Source of the DNA: the human T2T-CHM13v2.0 reference genome, Homo sapiens
Assembly (NCBI RefSeq): GCF_009914755.1
Contig: NC_060927.1
Direction: 5' to 3' (one strand)
DNA length: 64,000 nt
The number at the start of each line of letters is the position of its first letter. Positions within the stretch are counted from its first letter, which is position 1. Below are positions 1-12,578 of this stretch, piece by piece. Below the pieces are notes generated by a model that saw only the letters and a list, made by a program, of their open reading frames with translations, had not been told where the DNA came from and ran no database searches. The position numbers and the translations under genes were made by a program.

Positions 1-1660
1 TAAGCAGGTATAGCTGGAAGATAAAAACAGATTTTGAGAGGGATATATCCATTTTTCATTCCTGGGATTCCATAAGAAAAACAGAAGTTTTTTCCAAAAC
101 AGGGTCAGTGGCACCTCCTTTGTTTTTCCCAAGGAGTCCCATGCTCTCAGAAGTTATCTTAGGGCCACTTGTGTGCAGTAAGAGTGGCAAAACAAGATGG
201 AGAAAAATAATTCAGTTGACCGAGAAGAAAAAAAAAACATTTTTTTCCCAGCAAAACAAAAATCCAAGGAGAGAAAAGACATAAAGGAATTTTAGATCTA
301 CCTACATCTTGGATATCCACTTTTAGTTAAGCTGACTTTTAACCATAGTGCTCTTAAAAAATCCTTTAAAATCCATTATTACCTGACTTTAGCCATGCCA
401 AGTGGCCAATATTTCTGGCTTTTAGACTTTACCAAAAGTAACCTCACAGGTGAAACCAACAAGTCTCAACTAAGGTTATGACTTAAGTGTGAGTGTAGGA
501 GGTATTTTCAAAGAGGTGGTAAGGAGTTTCTACAAAATCTAGAATCTTTAAAGGTAGCTCAGAGAAAGGAAGATTTAAGAAAGGAAGCTAGAGGTTGTTC
601 ATGGAGGGAAAGAGAATCAGCACATGGTGAAAGTCACACAGATATTAACCAGAAGGTACTCATTTCCTAAGCCAGGATTGAACCCGGGTCTCCACTGTAA
701 ATTGGCATAGACCAGAAGAAAGTACTGCCACATGGTTACAAGGGCAAGCTCCCAAGGACATAAAACAAGATGGAGACCTCATCCAATTTTTTTTCTTCAG
801 AGACCTGTGGCAGAGTTTTTTACTGACCAGTTTTCCAGGCTGGCTTAAACAGTGGGCTTATGGGGCCATAGGCCTGCATTCTCTCCTAACGTACCCCTCT
901 TTCTGATAGAAAGATACAGAAAGACAAGTTCTTAGCACACAGTACAACAGATTCACTACAGCTTAAGACTAGCCTCACAAATCCCTTTGTCCATTAATTA
1001 AAACTTTACAGAGGATATAAATAGTGATTTTTACCATTTCTTTTACCAGTTTTCACAGGGAGAGAGTGGCTAGAAGTCTGACTGGCAAGAACTTTTACCC
1101 TTTTGCTGGCATGTCAGGCTTCTCTGTTCCCTTCCCCCAAGCTCAATTTTAAGCCAAGTAGTTTAAGGTTTGGGAGAATTGAACTTTTCCCAATTTGGGG
1201 GATGCATCCAAGGGGAGTGTTCTGTGGTAATGGGACACAATTACTCATCTGTGAAAAGATAACAGAGGAGAAAAAAGGAAAAAGAAGGGCTTTTTTTTTT
1301 TTTTTTTTTTTAAAGGAGTCTCAGTGATTCAGGATGGATTCAAGAGATGTGTAGACTGAAGATGACTGGTTACCCATCTGGAAAGAGGGGAAAAAGGCAT
1401 CCCTTAGTTCCCTTTTCTTCCCAGCAAATACCCAGGGTACAAGAGGGAGAGGAAAAACGGTATCCCCCTTTTCCTTTCATCCTTATGTCCCCGAGTCCCA
1501 GTGACCTCAGCAGGGTGCCTCCCATGGGTGCCAATGAGGCTTTCACCTGTGTAACAGGGAGGCCTAGAGGGTAGGAATTATCTGCACTCACCTACATGCT
1601 GGCTTATCCTTTCTGCTGTCAGTAACCTCGTCTATGCCATGGATACAGGCAAGACCTCCA
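1..1660 (-). mobile_element. ERV1-class internal sequence (MER4-group internal, e.g. MER4/MER41/MER50-int-like), runs off the left window edge
   Basis: Resembles non-coding MER4-group internal sequence as I recall it (e.g. gggtcagtggcacctcctttgtttttcccaaggagtccc; aagctgacttttaaccatagtgctc). No intact gag/pol ORF. Exact subfamily uncertain. Confidence 0.6.
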
Positions 1661-2372
1661 TTCAGGCTCCTCTCCTCCTCCTAGCCTGGTTATGTCTTAT
1701 TATCTTTACAGAAGTGGTTGAGTTTTGAGGAAGGGCTATTATCATTTAAACTATCTTAATTCCAGGAATAATCAAGGCAGCATGAAGGCAAAAGGCAAGA
1801 GGTAGGTTTTGGGTTCCCTAGATCAGATCTCCTCATTGCCATTATTTTCTCACTGTTATAATACTTTTTGAAAAGGCAGTTTCTACATTTTCTTTTCCCT
1901 TTCATGGGATTTTTAGGGTGGTGTTTATCACTTTGACATTCACACTGTCACTTGCTTTGGGAAGTACCTCCTAGGAAACTGGATAATTTACCTCTGTTGG
2001 GATTCCAAGGACTGGTTTTGTTGAATATAGTATCTCCACTATTACAAAGAAGAATGAGTAGCCGCATATAGTCCCCGTTTTATATACAACTGTGTTCCTG
2101 AAATCTCTGCACATTTTAAGTCTTTGTTTTACAAAAATTATCTATCCAACTATTCATTCTTTTGTTTTAACATTTCTTCTAAACATGAACAGAACCAATG
2201 TAGAACTTGATTTTCTCTTAATTTGTTGTAATTTTTGTGTTTTAAACAAATTTGATTTGGAGGATGTGAAGTTTAAAAACAATTGCAAAGGCAAAGGATA
2301 CAGCTTCACTTTTTTGGTCACTTTGCTATACTTATTATTAGAATCCTAAAACAAAAGTCGTAGCTTAGTTAG

Positions 2373-2751
2373 TGTTATGGTTTGATTGGGTTCCCCAAAG
2401 TTCATGACTTGAAAACTTAATTCCAAATGCAGTATTTTGGGAAGTGGGGCCTAGTGGGAACTGTTTAGGTCATGAGGGATCTACCCTCATGAAAAGGACT
2501 AATGTCATTATTGTGGCAGTGAGTTTCCTATAAAAGTAAGTGTGATCCCCTCTTGCTCTCTGTTGTTCTTGCTCTGTTTTGCCCTTCTGCCTTCTGCCAT
2601 GGAATGACACAGTAAGAAGGCCTTCCCCAGTTGTGGCCCCTTGATTGTGGACTTCCCAGCCTCCAGAACCATGAACCAAAAAAATTTAATTTTATTATAA
2701 ATTACACAGTCTCGGATGTTTTGTTATAGCAATACAAAACAGGCTAAGACA
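2373..2751 (+). mobile_element. MaLR solo LTR (MST family, MSTD-like)
   Basis: TG...CA termini (tgttatggtttg ... ggctaagaca), MST motif ggacttcccagcctccagaacc, perfect 5-bp TSD GTTAG at 2368-2372 and 2752-2756. Confidence 0.9.
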
Positions 2752-2889
2752 GTTAGTTGTAAAAAGTATCTGTCATCAACAATTGTATGGTGTGTCCTCA
2801 GAAAATCTTTTCCCCAAGATTAAACATAAAAACTTCAAACAATATGGACAAAGCTCTGGCACTTTCTAGTGACTAATACTGCATCCTTA

Positions 2890-2990
2890 CATTCGACAGA
2901 TATTCAGGTAGTTTTTAATATGTATTAGGCACTGTGTTAGAAGTTGGGAAAATAGAGGTGATTATGACACAGTCTTGCCCTTCAAGAACT
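2890..2990 (-). mobile_element. L2 3'-end fragment
   Basis: Degenerate L2 tail motif (tatgtattaggcactgtgttag ... acagtcttgcccttcaagaact). Confidence 0.5.
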
Positions 2991-4268
2991 GTTATGTTTT
3001 GGGGGAGGAGAAAGGTATACTCATGTAAATGAAGCAAAGTTAGATAGAATATACATTCCAAAATGAAGGGATCATAGGTTAAGTTTTATCTGTACCTTGT
3101 TTGACATGCAGACAATTAAATAAAATTAATGGCAGTGCTTTATTTAGGCACTTTCCCCAATTCGTTACAGTCTCTTATTTATTTCTTTTAACCTTGCTGT
3201 GTCCCTCACCTCCATTAGTTGCCTGGAATGTGTGAGTCTGTAAACTTTGGGTGTGTGACAGAAGCCAGTATAGGATATCATGGAGGAAGACGAGATAAAA
3301 TAGTCATTTCTTTTATTGTAAATAAAAATTGGCTTCACTGATGAGGCAACTTCTCTAGTTAGAAGTGTTGAAAGTGCATAGGGTAAAGGTATAGGTGGAA
3401 AAAATTAGAAGGGTATTCTTGAAGAATTGGCTGTGTAAATGGTGTCATAGAGACTTGAAGTAGCACAACTTTTTGGGTTAATTATGAGTACTCCTGTATT
3501 CACAAAGCATAGATATAATGCTACAGTGAAAGATAGAGTCGGAGCAATGGGTGGAAGCCTCATCCATCTGTGTCTTTGTTTATAGAATCAATTTATTAAT
3601 TATTACCAGTATGATATTGTAAGTTCTTTGAATGCAAGAACTGTATTTTATAACTGTTTTAACTTTACAATGGCAAACACAGCATCTTGAGCAGGAGGAG
3701 GCTCATCCAAATCAAAATCAGGTTGCTTATCAATGCTATGAAGATATCTACTTATTGGATGAATACAAATCAAAGGGTCTAGGAATGGCAATATGAGTCA
3801 TTTGGCTCAATTAAAAAAATACAGAAAACTGAGACTAATACAAAAATATTGTCCAGATATTATAATTATTGTTAATGAATACTTGAAGAAGTTCTCTTTA
3901 AAATTTAGCACATAGTAAAACAGTTAAAGAATTAGCTAAGAAGAACTTAATCTATTCTAATAAACTGCAATTTTTTTTTAAACAGTCAAACTGAGAACAC
4001 TTACACATAGACCAATACATTCATCCATTCAATCTACTTTTATTCCGGAAGACATTTAAGTACACTGAAGTCCTTTCATGGACCAGCATGTCCAAGGTAG
4101 AGTATTGGTTTGGTGTTGACTAGCAGCCCCTTCTCATTAGGTTATGGATGCAAAGCTGTCAGGTGGCAGATAGAATATGTGCGTGGAATAGGTCCCTCTT
4201 TTGTCCATTTTGTTTAATACCCCTTGTTAATATATTTCAATTATCCCATATTGGTATTTATTGAATGA

Positions 4269-4271
<3 letters not shown>

Positions 4272-4313
<42 letters not shown>
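4272..4313. repeat. Poly(T) tract, 42 nt
   Basis: Direct count of uninterrupted T's. Confidence 0.95.
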
Positions 4314-4315
<2 letters not shown>

Positions 4316-5569
4316 ATCAAAACTGACACATACTAACTGCAGTGTGTCCTGGTATGTTTTTATGCAACTAGTTGTAATTAAAGTTCAGTGATGAGTGTTA
4401 CTCTACTATAAGAACTAACCAAATAGATTCCATTAATGTTAACTATTTTTATTTCTTTTTATTACGGTACACAATTGTCTAATGTGGTTGAGACTTCTTA
4501 AAGGAAAATAACTTGTAAACCCTGTTATTGCCTGTGGCTGCCTTCGGCAAAAGACTTTCTACCATTGTAGTGAGGATGGGTTTATGAACTCCTAAATGAC
4601 TTTTATCTTCCCATTCTCCAATTTTAGGTAGGGAAATGTACTTTCTGAGGTGAATAGAGCCTAGAATGTATTTGCCCATTGCTAAACTCTTTCTTTCTTT
4701 TTGGCTCATTCTTGCCTTCTTCAATTAAGCATTTGTCCTCAACTGTTAGAGCAGAGTTAAAAAAAACTTAGCACTTACTGAAAGTTGTGCTCTGTTAGTG
4801 TTTCAAACCTATTGCAATATTGTGAATTATACTCTTCCCAAGTCTGCACTTACTATGTTTTAAATTGTTGGGTAATTGACTGAATAATATACATAACAAT
4901 AACATTTGATAATCACTTATGTAAACTAAATAAGGTCAAATAAAGCTTCAAGGAGTTGTTTGGAAAAGAAACACCATAAATTGGTTTTAGTGACAATAAT
5001 AATTACCGGTAAGATGAGACTAAGTATATACTTAAAGTCATTTATTCTTTGTCATTCAGTGGACCTAGTATCAGGTAGTAATTTTTGGGATTTGCATGCC
5101 AAAGCCTCAAATGTTTCAGTGTTAAGAATAAAAATAATGGTTATTATCATCATGATAGCTTAATGAATCTGCAGGATGCACAATAGAGCATTTTACAATT
5201 ACAGAGGTGGTAATTTGAAGCCAGAAATATTAGTGTTGACACTTCTGCCTCTTTTAAAACATGTGGAACTTGTATAACAGTTGTTTATTTGTCCTCTTTT
5301 GAACTGGCAGGTTTACAGATGACAATACATAAATATCCTTGCTTCTGTCTTAATTTGAAGACTTTAATAGAATATAGAAAACAGCTGGCATGAGGAAATA
5401 CGAAATCAAGGGGAAGCAGAGGAGTCAACAGAAGTGAAAGCACTCTGCTTATTTAACAACATATGGATGACCTCCTAGTGATTCCTGGGCAAATAGACTC
5501 TACTTGTGCCATTTCAGAAAAATGGAGATTTGTCCTTATATTTTTATGTAACTTATAGAAATGGTGAGT

Positions 5570-5645
5570 TATAGCAGAAAGAGTATAGATTTTGGGATCA
5601 GATGGCCTTAAATTCAAAACCTGGATCTACCAGTGACTATTCATT
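5570..5645 (+). mobile_element. MIR fragment
   Basis: gaaagagtatagattttgggatcagatggccttaaattcaaaacctggatctacc resembles the MIR 5' tRNA-derived part. Confidence 0.5.
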
Positions 5646-5799
5646 GGCTCTTTAAATCTACTTCTTGAGTTACTGTCACCTCTATCTCCTTAGTTTCTCT
5701 TTTTTCTCTAAGTTTATTAATACTCTCAGAGTTTTCCTTCAGTTGTAGTTTAGCCAGAACCTCATGGTGGGTCACTTTAGCCACTCTTATTAACACTCT

Positions 5800-6940
5800 T
5801 AGCATCCTGACCTTTTTCTGTATTCAGCCTGCAAACTCTGGCCCGTTCAAACATTCACTTCTCATTCATGTGATGGTCGTTTGGAGGGAAGGACCCGAGT
5901 TCATCATACTCATGAAGCTTGATATTTCTCTGTTCTGCTCCCTAGCTTCAGTGGGGCTCCCCAGATCATATGAAAATTCATCTAAAGCTTTGATCAGTTC
6001 CTGTTCCTGTTACCCACTGTGGGTTGCTGTTCTAAATGTTCACCACTCTTCTGAAATTCCTGTCACTACCACTTTACTCTCAGCAGATGATCTTGCCTGC
6101 AACTGTGTGGAGAGTATTGAGGTTCTCAGACAGAAACTCTTTAGTTTACCTGTGAGAACCTGAACAATTATCTATATCTGAGCACACCTCACCATTGTAT
6201 CCTTCCTCAGAACAAGACGTGGGCTAAGCCCTTCTGTGATCTTGATATCATCTTTTTTCCCCCAGAATTATGTTCCCTTTTTCCCCTCTCTCTCCCACAT
6301 TAACACCCTCTTACTTTTTGTTAGTATTTATTTCACAGCCAAAGACATATTCAGAGTTTTCCCATCAACTCCATATTCCACCTTTGCCGACCAGCTCGGC
6401 TGGGGAGACCCTAACCCAGCGGCGCTAGAGGAATTAAAGACACACACACAGAAATATAGAGGTGTGGAGTGGGAAATCAGGGGTCTCACAGCCTTCAGAG
6501 CTGAGAGCCTCGAACAGAGATTTACCCACGTATTTATTGACAGCAAGCCAGTGATAAGCGTTGTTTCTATAGATTATAGATTAACTAAAAGTATTCCTTA
6601 TGGGAAACAAAGGGATGGGCCGAAATAAAGGGATGGGTTTGGCTAATTATCTGCAGCAGGAGCATGTCCTTAAGGCACAGATCGCTCATGCTATTGTTTG
6701 TGGCTTAAGAATGCCTTTAAGCAGTTTTCCACCCTAGGTGGGCCAGGTGTTCCTTGCCCTCATTCCAGTTAACCCACAACCTTCCAGTGTGGGCATCGTG
6801 GCCATCATGAACATGTCACAGTGCTGCAGAGATTTTGTGTATGGCCAGTTTTGGGGCCAGTTTATGGCCAGATTTTGGGGGAGCCTGTTCCCAACACACC
6901 TTAGCTGCTGTCTTGTTTCTCTCTCTTCAGTCCTTGTTAA
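5800..6940 (+). mobile_element. L2 internal fragment, interrupted by the MER9 LTR
   Basis: ctctcagcagatgatcttgcc ... cagaaactc is L2-like; pyrimidine-rich L2-type sequence lies on both sides of the LTR. Confidence 0.45.
6385..6896 (-). mobile_element. MER9 solo LTR (HERV-K HML-3 / HERVK9)
   Basis: Reverse complement begins TGTTGGGAACAGGCTCCCCCAAAATCTGGCCATAAACTGGCCCCAAAACTGGCC and ends GCTGGTCGGCA; 512 bp; perfect 6-bp TSD CACCTT at 6379-6384 and 6897-6902. Confidence 0.92.
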
Positions 6941-7099
6941 ATTTCCATAAAGCAGAGTCAGTTCCAAGGGTAGCAGTCTCAAATGTCTGTTTGAGACTAG
7001 AAAGGTAATAATGACAATGGGCAAAGAGGGCTGAGCGAAAGGTAATTGTGGGCTCACCTTTGTCTGAAACTGACAGTCTATCCTGTTCTTTGTTCTTAT

Positions 7100-7270
7100 A
7101 TGTGAATATGGGTCCAGTTTGGCCAAAACTTCTGATTTTTTTTCCAAGGAAATCAGAAAATCTGGATTTTTATTTTAAATTTCTCAATATTTAAAACACT
7201 GTGCAATCCTAATAAAGGACATATGTGGGCTGAATTTGGATTATGGGCCTCCAGTTTTTAATTCTTGGCC
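7100..7270 (+). mobile_element. hAT-Charlie DNA transposon fragment (MER103-like)
   Basis: cttctgatttt...cagaaaatctggatttttattttaaatttctc...tgtgggctgaatttgg...ccagttt resembles MER103C. Confidence 0.55.
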
Positions 7271-7360
7271 TACACTAGCTATCTTGATGTCTCATGGTAT
7301 TTGATCAACTTACTGCAGAAAGTTTTCTGCCTCTAACGCTCTTCTAAAACTTATTTAGAC

Positions 7361-7532
7361 CAGTGTTTCTTAGAGGTTTCAGATTAAAGGTTTAAGATTC
7401 ATGTGCCCATGAATCTTTTGGGGATCACGTTAAAACACAAGATTCAATTCTGATTCAGTAGCTCTAGGATGAGGCCTGAGTTTTGCATTCTAGCAAGCTG
7501 CAGTCCAAGGACCACACTTTGAGGAGCAAGGC
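7361..7532. mobile_element. MER5-family hAT MITE
   Basis: ttctgattcagtagctctaggatgaggcctgag...tgcattctagcaagct...ggaccacactttgag. Confidence 0.7.
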
Positions 7533-8659
7533 TTCTGAGGACCTGCTTATCTTTAGAGATTTATCTCAAGATAAGCTGTTTAAGCCTTCTCCCTCCCCTG
7601 ATACCACTAATAAAAGGGCCCTTTTTTTTTCTGTGCACCTGATGTACCCTAATCCAATCTCTATAAATATACCTATAATTATTTATTTTATGTATGTGTT
7701 TATGTGCCTGCTTATAAGTGCTTTCATGGCAAGAAACATGTCTTAACTTTTTCCCCCTCAAGCACTACTGCAATATTGGAAATAAAGTAAACTTTGTCCA
7801 TCTGTTCTCATTTCATGTAATACAGTCCGTAAGACTGTGTGCATGTGTTTCTTTTTGTAGGAGTTAGGTTGCATGTGAAGGGTTCATTATGTTGAAAGAG
7901 AGGGTCTCTTTTGACAAAGACTTCTGGCTTATAACAGATTCCCAAAGAAGTATTAAGTGCCATATTTTGATAGATTTTTCTATTCCATGTTCAAATTGGT
8001 CTCATGATGTCATCTTTTCAATTTCTGTTGCCAATTTTGGGGAAAATAACTGAATTCCTTCAGTTTTAATCTTTCGAGTATGTTCAACACTTCCGTTTGC
8101 CAATACAAGGGACATCTGGAAGTTGTATGTTATCTCTTATTACAGCTTGGTAAATATCACCCAAGGCTGTTCTGCCTTAAAGGCAGCCTGACAGCTGTTT
8201 GAACAGATCTGATCTCATTTATAGGAAGGAAAGCACAGATAATGGAGGATAACTGTGCATGGTAAGGAGTGGGAAGATTACTCTATTCACAGGCATTTTT
8301 CTTTTAGTGGCAACAGGCTTAAGCTTTTCTCATCTTTCTCAAGTGGTTCCATACAGTGTAGTGAGGTCCAAAGGACTGGATTCTCTAACTCTGCCTCAGT
8401 CTTACTCATCACACCAGTCAATCCATCAATCATCGAGTATTTATGAATTACCTTGCATGTGTCAAACACTGTAACAAACACCCAAGATGGTGAGAAATGT
8501 CTTCACATAACTCCCTGCTTACTAAGCATACATGAGGGATCTTAAGGAAACCAGCACTGATCCAAGGAAAGGGGATTAACAGTTGTGGAGGATCTAATGT
8601 GTGCATGGTGATACATGGAGTTAAATATATTGACACTTTAAAACACTGACATATTGGTA

Positions 8660-8800
8660 TCTTTAGCCTCATTCCATAGTTGAAGAAATGGAAACTCAAA
8701 GAAGTTCGTTTATTCAAGGTTCCAAGTTAGTAAGTAGTACAGCTAGAATTTCAACACAGTTCTATTTCCAGATTCTGGACATTTTCAATCACAACACCAG
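8660..8800 (-). mobile_element. MIR
   Basis: Degenerate core cattccatagttgaagaaatggaaactcaaagaagtt...caaggtt...agtaagtagtacagctagaatttcaac. Confidence 0.65.
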
Positions 8801-8977
8801 GCAAGGATCTTAATAAAATTTGACAAGGGCAACCCAATAAAGGTTTTGCTACCTTTCAGCTTCTTTCCGTGTTTGGTTTCCAGAGGCATCTGGGCTTAGA
8901 GGGGAACTAAGTCTCTGCTGTTTGGAGAATTTTAAATAGCTTACTCTGATGGTAGAGATAAATGTAGGAAAAATGTT

Positions 8978-9245
8978 TTTTGTTTTTGTTTTTTTTGTTT
9001 TTGAGACGGAGTCGCCCAGGCTGGAAGCTCTGCCTCCTGGGGTCATGCCATTCTCCTGCCTCAGCCTCCCGAGTAGCTGGGACTACAGGCGCCCGCCACC
9101 GCGCCCGGCTAATTTTTTTTGTATTTTTAGTAGAGACTGGGTTTCACCATGTTAGCCAGGATGGTCTCGATTTCCTGACCTCGTGATCTGCCCACCTCGG
9201 CCTCCCAAAGTGCTGGGATTACAGGCGTGAGCCACCGCGCCCAGC
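8978..9245 (-). mobile_element. AluY-like element with two internal deletions in the right arm
   Basis: AluY diagnostics (gccattctcc, gttagccaggatggtctcgat), CpG-rich; TSD AG(G/A)AAAAATGTT at 8966-8977 and 9246-9257. Confidence 0.92.
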
Positions 9246-9313
9246 AGAAAAAATGTTAAAGATAGAATGAAGCTGGGAGATTTTAATTTTTGAAGGGTGC
9301 ATAATATTCTAGC

Positions 9314-9496
9314 TCAGTGCTTCACAAATCTTAGTGTACATCAGAATCATCTGGAGGGCTTATTAAAATATAGTTTCCTATGCTCCACCCCCAGAATTTA
9401 TCAATTAATAGATCTGGGCTAGGGTTTCAAAATGTGTATTTCTAGCAAGGTGACATTGGTGTTGCCAGACTGTGGGCCTCATTTTTACGAGCACTG
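9314..9496. mobile_element. MER5A hAT MITE
   Basis: cagtgcttc...catcagaatcatctggagggcttattaaaa...ccacccccaga...gagcactg with CAGTG/CACTG termini. Confidence 0.8.
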
Positions 9497-9699
9497 GTTT
9501 TTCAAATAAATGTTCACTTATGTATTAAATCAGTTAACAATTTTTTTACGTTTTTACTTTTGTGCTAGGTATTATGTTGGATATAGTGTCTGCTCTGGAA
9601 AGTCCCTTATTGTTGGTTACTATTGTAATGTCTAATTTATCAGGAATTTAAAGATGATATAATTAATACCCTTGGAAATCACATGTCGGCATTTTTGAA

Positions 9700-9980
9700 A
9701 AATCCATGCCTGATATTTTTTCCCCTTCTTTGGGTAAACACCTAGATGTGAAATTGCTTCAACATAGGGTAAAATATTTTTAAGGATTTTGATATGAAGT
9801 TACCAAATTATTTTCCAGAAAGTAAATTTTCTAATTTACTGCCCAATAGCAAAGGATGAAAATGCCTGTTCTAACAAACCTGCATTGCCACAAGGTATTA
9901 TAATTTCTATTTGGCTGCTTGTTTTGTCCTTGTTGATTTGTAAGTGTTTTTTAATTTATCAAAGATATTAACCCTTTAAA
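9700..9980 (-). mobile_element. Ancient L1M fragment
   Basis: cctagatgtgaaattgct...taccaaattattttccagaaag...cccaatagcaaaggatgaaaatgcctgtt resembles the L1M ORF2 3' region. Confidence 0.55.
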
Positions 9981-12578
9981 AAGCTTAATATTTTTTGAAA
10001 ATTATATTGAAGTTTGTGCTAAATGACCATGAAAAAATTGCTTTGAGACTTCCTGTATCACAAAGGAAAGAAGATCTTGGCAGTAATGATTTGCCTTCTT
10101 TTAGAGACAAGTTACTAAATGATTTTTAAAACATGAACTCTTCAAGAATGCACTAACAAACACTAAATAGGCTTCAATAGTTGTTCTGATATTTGAGTTG
10201 CATCTTTTGTACCTGCAGTGCTTTGAATGGAAGATGTAAAACCTTAATACAGGGCAGAGTGGAATACAAATAGGATCTCACTGACAAATCTAAACACAAG
10301 AAGGGTTCTTTTCTGCTTATATTCGGTAATGCAAGCAAACTGAAAGAGACAGCGAGCGATGACACTAATACATCATTGAGCTGTTTTGTATTCATAACTT
10401 TTCAATGATAGCACCTTTCTTTAATGCAGTATTGATTCAGCCAAGAAATGTTACTCTATTACTTTCTTGGGTTGTTGAATTAGGTTAAAGGACACTGTTA
10501 TGGTTTTAAACTGGAGATAGACAATTTTTATAAATTAGTATCCCTTACAATTTTCTAAAGGTCACTGACCAGAAAGTTGACAATTTTTTTTTGTTGTTAA
10601 TAAAATCTTTTTTTTTAATTCAGAGAAAGAAAACCCCATACAAAGAAGTTTTCCAGCCATTCACCTTCCCATACCCCTCCCGACCCAGAAAGAGTATGGG
10701 TAGGAAGAGGTGTCTATCTTGCTCTGGCCCCCATAATTAAGGGGTGTGGGGTCATGACTCCCCAAATAAAATGGGTGTGTATGGGAAAGAGGGGGTACAA
10801 ATGCTGTGGGGAGTGGTGGATGAAAGCAAGAGATGAGGTCAGTGCTGGCATTATAGCAAATGAGAGAGACAGTTGGGTTAGCTGTAGAGTTAGCTGTAAA
10901 GTTTCACTGGCATTTCAGTTAGAAGCTTAATGAAGGTAGAAATGCTCAGGAATCAGAAAGCCTGTTGGTAATCATGAAATTAGCATTAGCAAGCATATGC
11001 TAATTCTGTCCATTCTTTAGTTTGACTCATTTTCTTATAGCCATGACATGTGCCAGAAGAGGCAGACCACAGAGTTCAACACTCAGCACTTCTTTATGGT
11101 CCAAGAAGCAGAGAACTGTGACTCCTCCTTTTTCCACTGAGTGTTCCTTTTTCTGGATCATATTCCCTTAGGTATCCAAGGTGAAAGAGAAGTACACACT
11201 AACGTAGTTATGAATGCTCAGAAGAAAAGTGGGCTGTTAGTGTAATAATCTTTCCTATAATGGGATTTGACCTGTAGTATATATATATATAGTCAAAGCA
11301 GTTCCAAAAATGTAATTTCTTGTTGGCTAAATCACACTTCCAGACACTTCTCTTTGCTGACCATCACAATAATGGATCTGTATGTAGACTGAACCCTGTC
11401 TTTTCTAGGGCAGGCCTCTTCTTCAAGCCAAATATTGTATGCATCTATTTCCTCTTAAAAACAAGAATTACTTCCTTATTTTATGGGGAGACAATTTCCA
11501 GAGACTCAGGAAGCTTGTTGTGCAGTGATTCATTGCCATTCTGTGTTGCTGCAATAATAACTTGTGATGCTTACAAGTCATTTTCACAGCTTGACCCACC
11601 AGCATTCCCTGTGGGCTGCAAACCTTATTCTCTTTCCTCTCACTTTCTCCAGTGTCACCTTTGTCTGCCACAATGATAGGACAAGAGAGTGTAAATATGT
11701 TTCTGGAGCAATTTTCCACAAGTAGGATGGTTATCAATAGGAGGCCCCCTATATATCTATGTTTTCAGGCTCGTCAGAAAGACTTTTCTTTACCAAAATA
11801 TGTCTCGATGTTTGCCATGAGGGTAACATTCCTCTGTGTTATATCTTAAAATCAGACATCTTAGAGAGATGTTTATTTATTAAAATTTTATTAGACATTT
11901 GTATCTTTATATAAAATCCATTTCTCAGAGTCTTTTCCTGAAAGGGGTTTTGGAAGGTTGAGAAGAATGTTCCAGGTGTGTGATTTGCGATAAGATGAAA
12001 GGGCTGAGGTTGGAGTTGTTAATTGTGGTGGAGTAGAATGTACTGTGACGCTTGGAGGAAAAAGTAAACTGTAGGACTTGAACACAAACTTCACATACTT
12101 TAATTTCACCTGAAATAATTCCTGAAAGGAATGACATAGATTAATAGATATGTTCAAGGCGATAGGTTAATAGCTTTGATTTTGACTCCTTGCTCTATCA
12201 TCCACAAGTCTTGAGGCACATCATTGACTCTCTCAGTTGACTCATCTGACAAAATTAAATAATTTGTTTACATGACCAGCCCTTCTTCCCACTTAAAATA
12301 CCCTCTTTTCTACCTGTATGCTCTTTCCAAAGAGTTTTCTAGAAGTTCTTCAACTATGGCATTTTCCCTCACTACAATCTTTAGCAGGTTTTTATTGCCT
12401 AGAGATCAGAGTCGGAACATTTTAAACATTTAGAGTCCCTCCACCCCTATTGCCCTATTGCCAGCTTTGCCACAGCCTGCCTGTTCAGGCGTGTCTCCCT
12501 TGACTTCTTTACAAAGAAACCCACATTCTCAGCTTCATTACATGGAACCACTCTGTCCTATCAATAAGCCTGTTTTCT

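Noticed and set aside
6236-7147. 130-137 aa ORFs
   Set aside because: Chance read-through across the MER9 LTR and L2 sequence.
10624-10699. Possible exon after a T-rich acceptor, with a CCTTCCCATAC/GTATGGGTAGG hairpin
   Set aside because: Weak donor and no recognisable peptide; not supportable without data.
10978-11006. AATTAGCA...TGCTAATT inverted repeat with POU-like motifs
   Set aside because: Short and AT-rich; expected by chance without conservation data.
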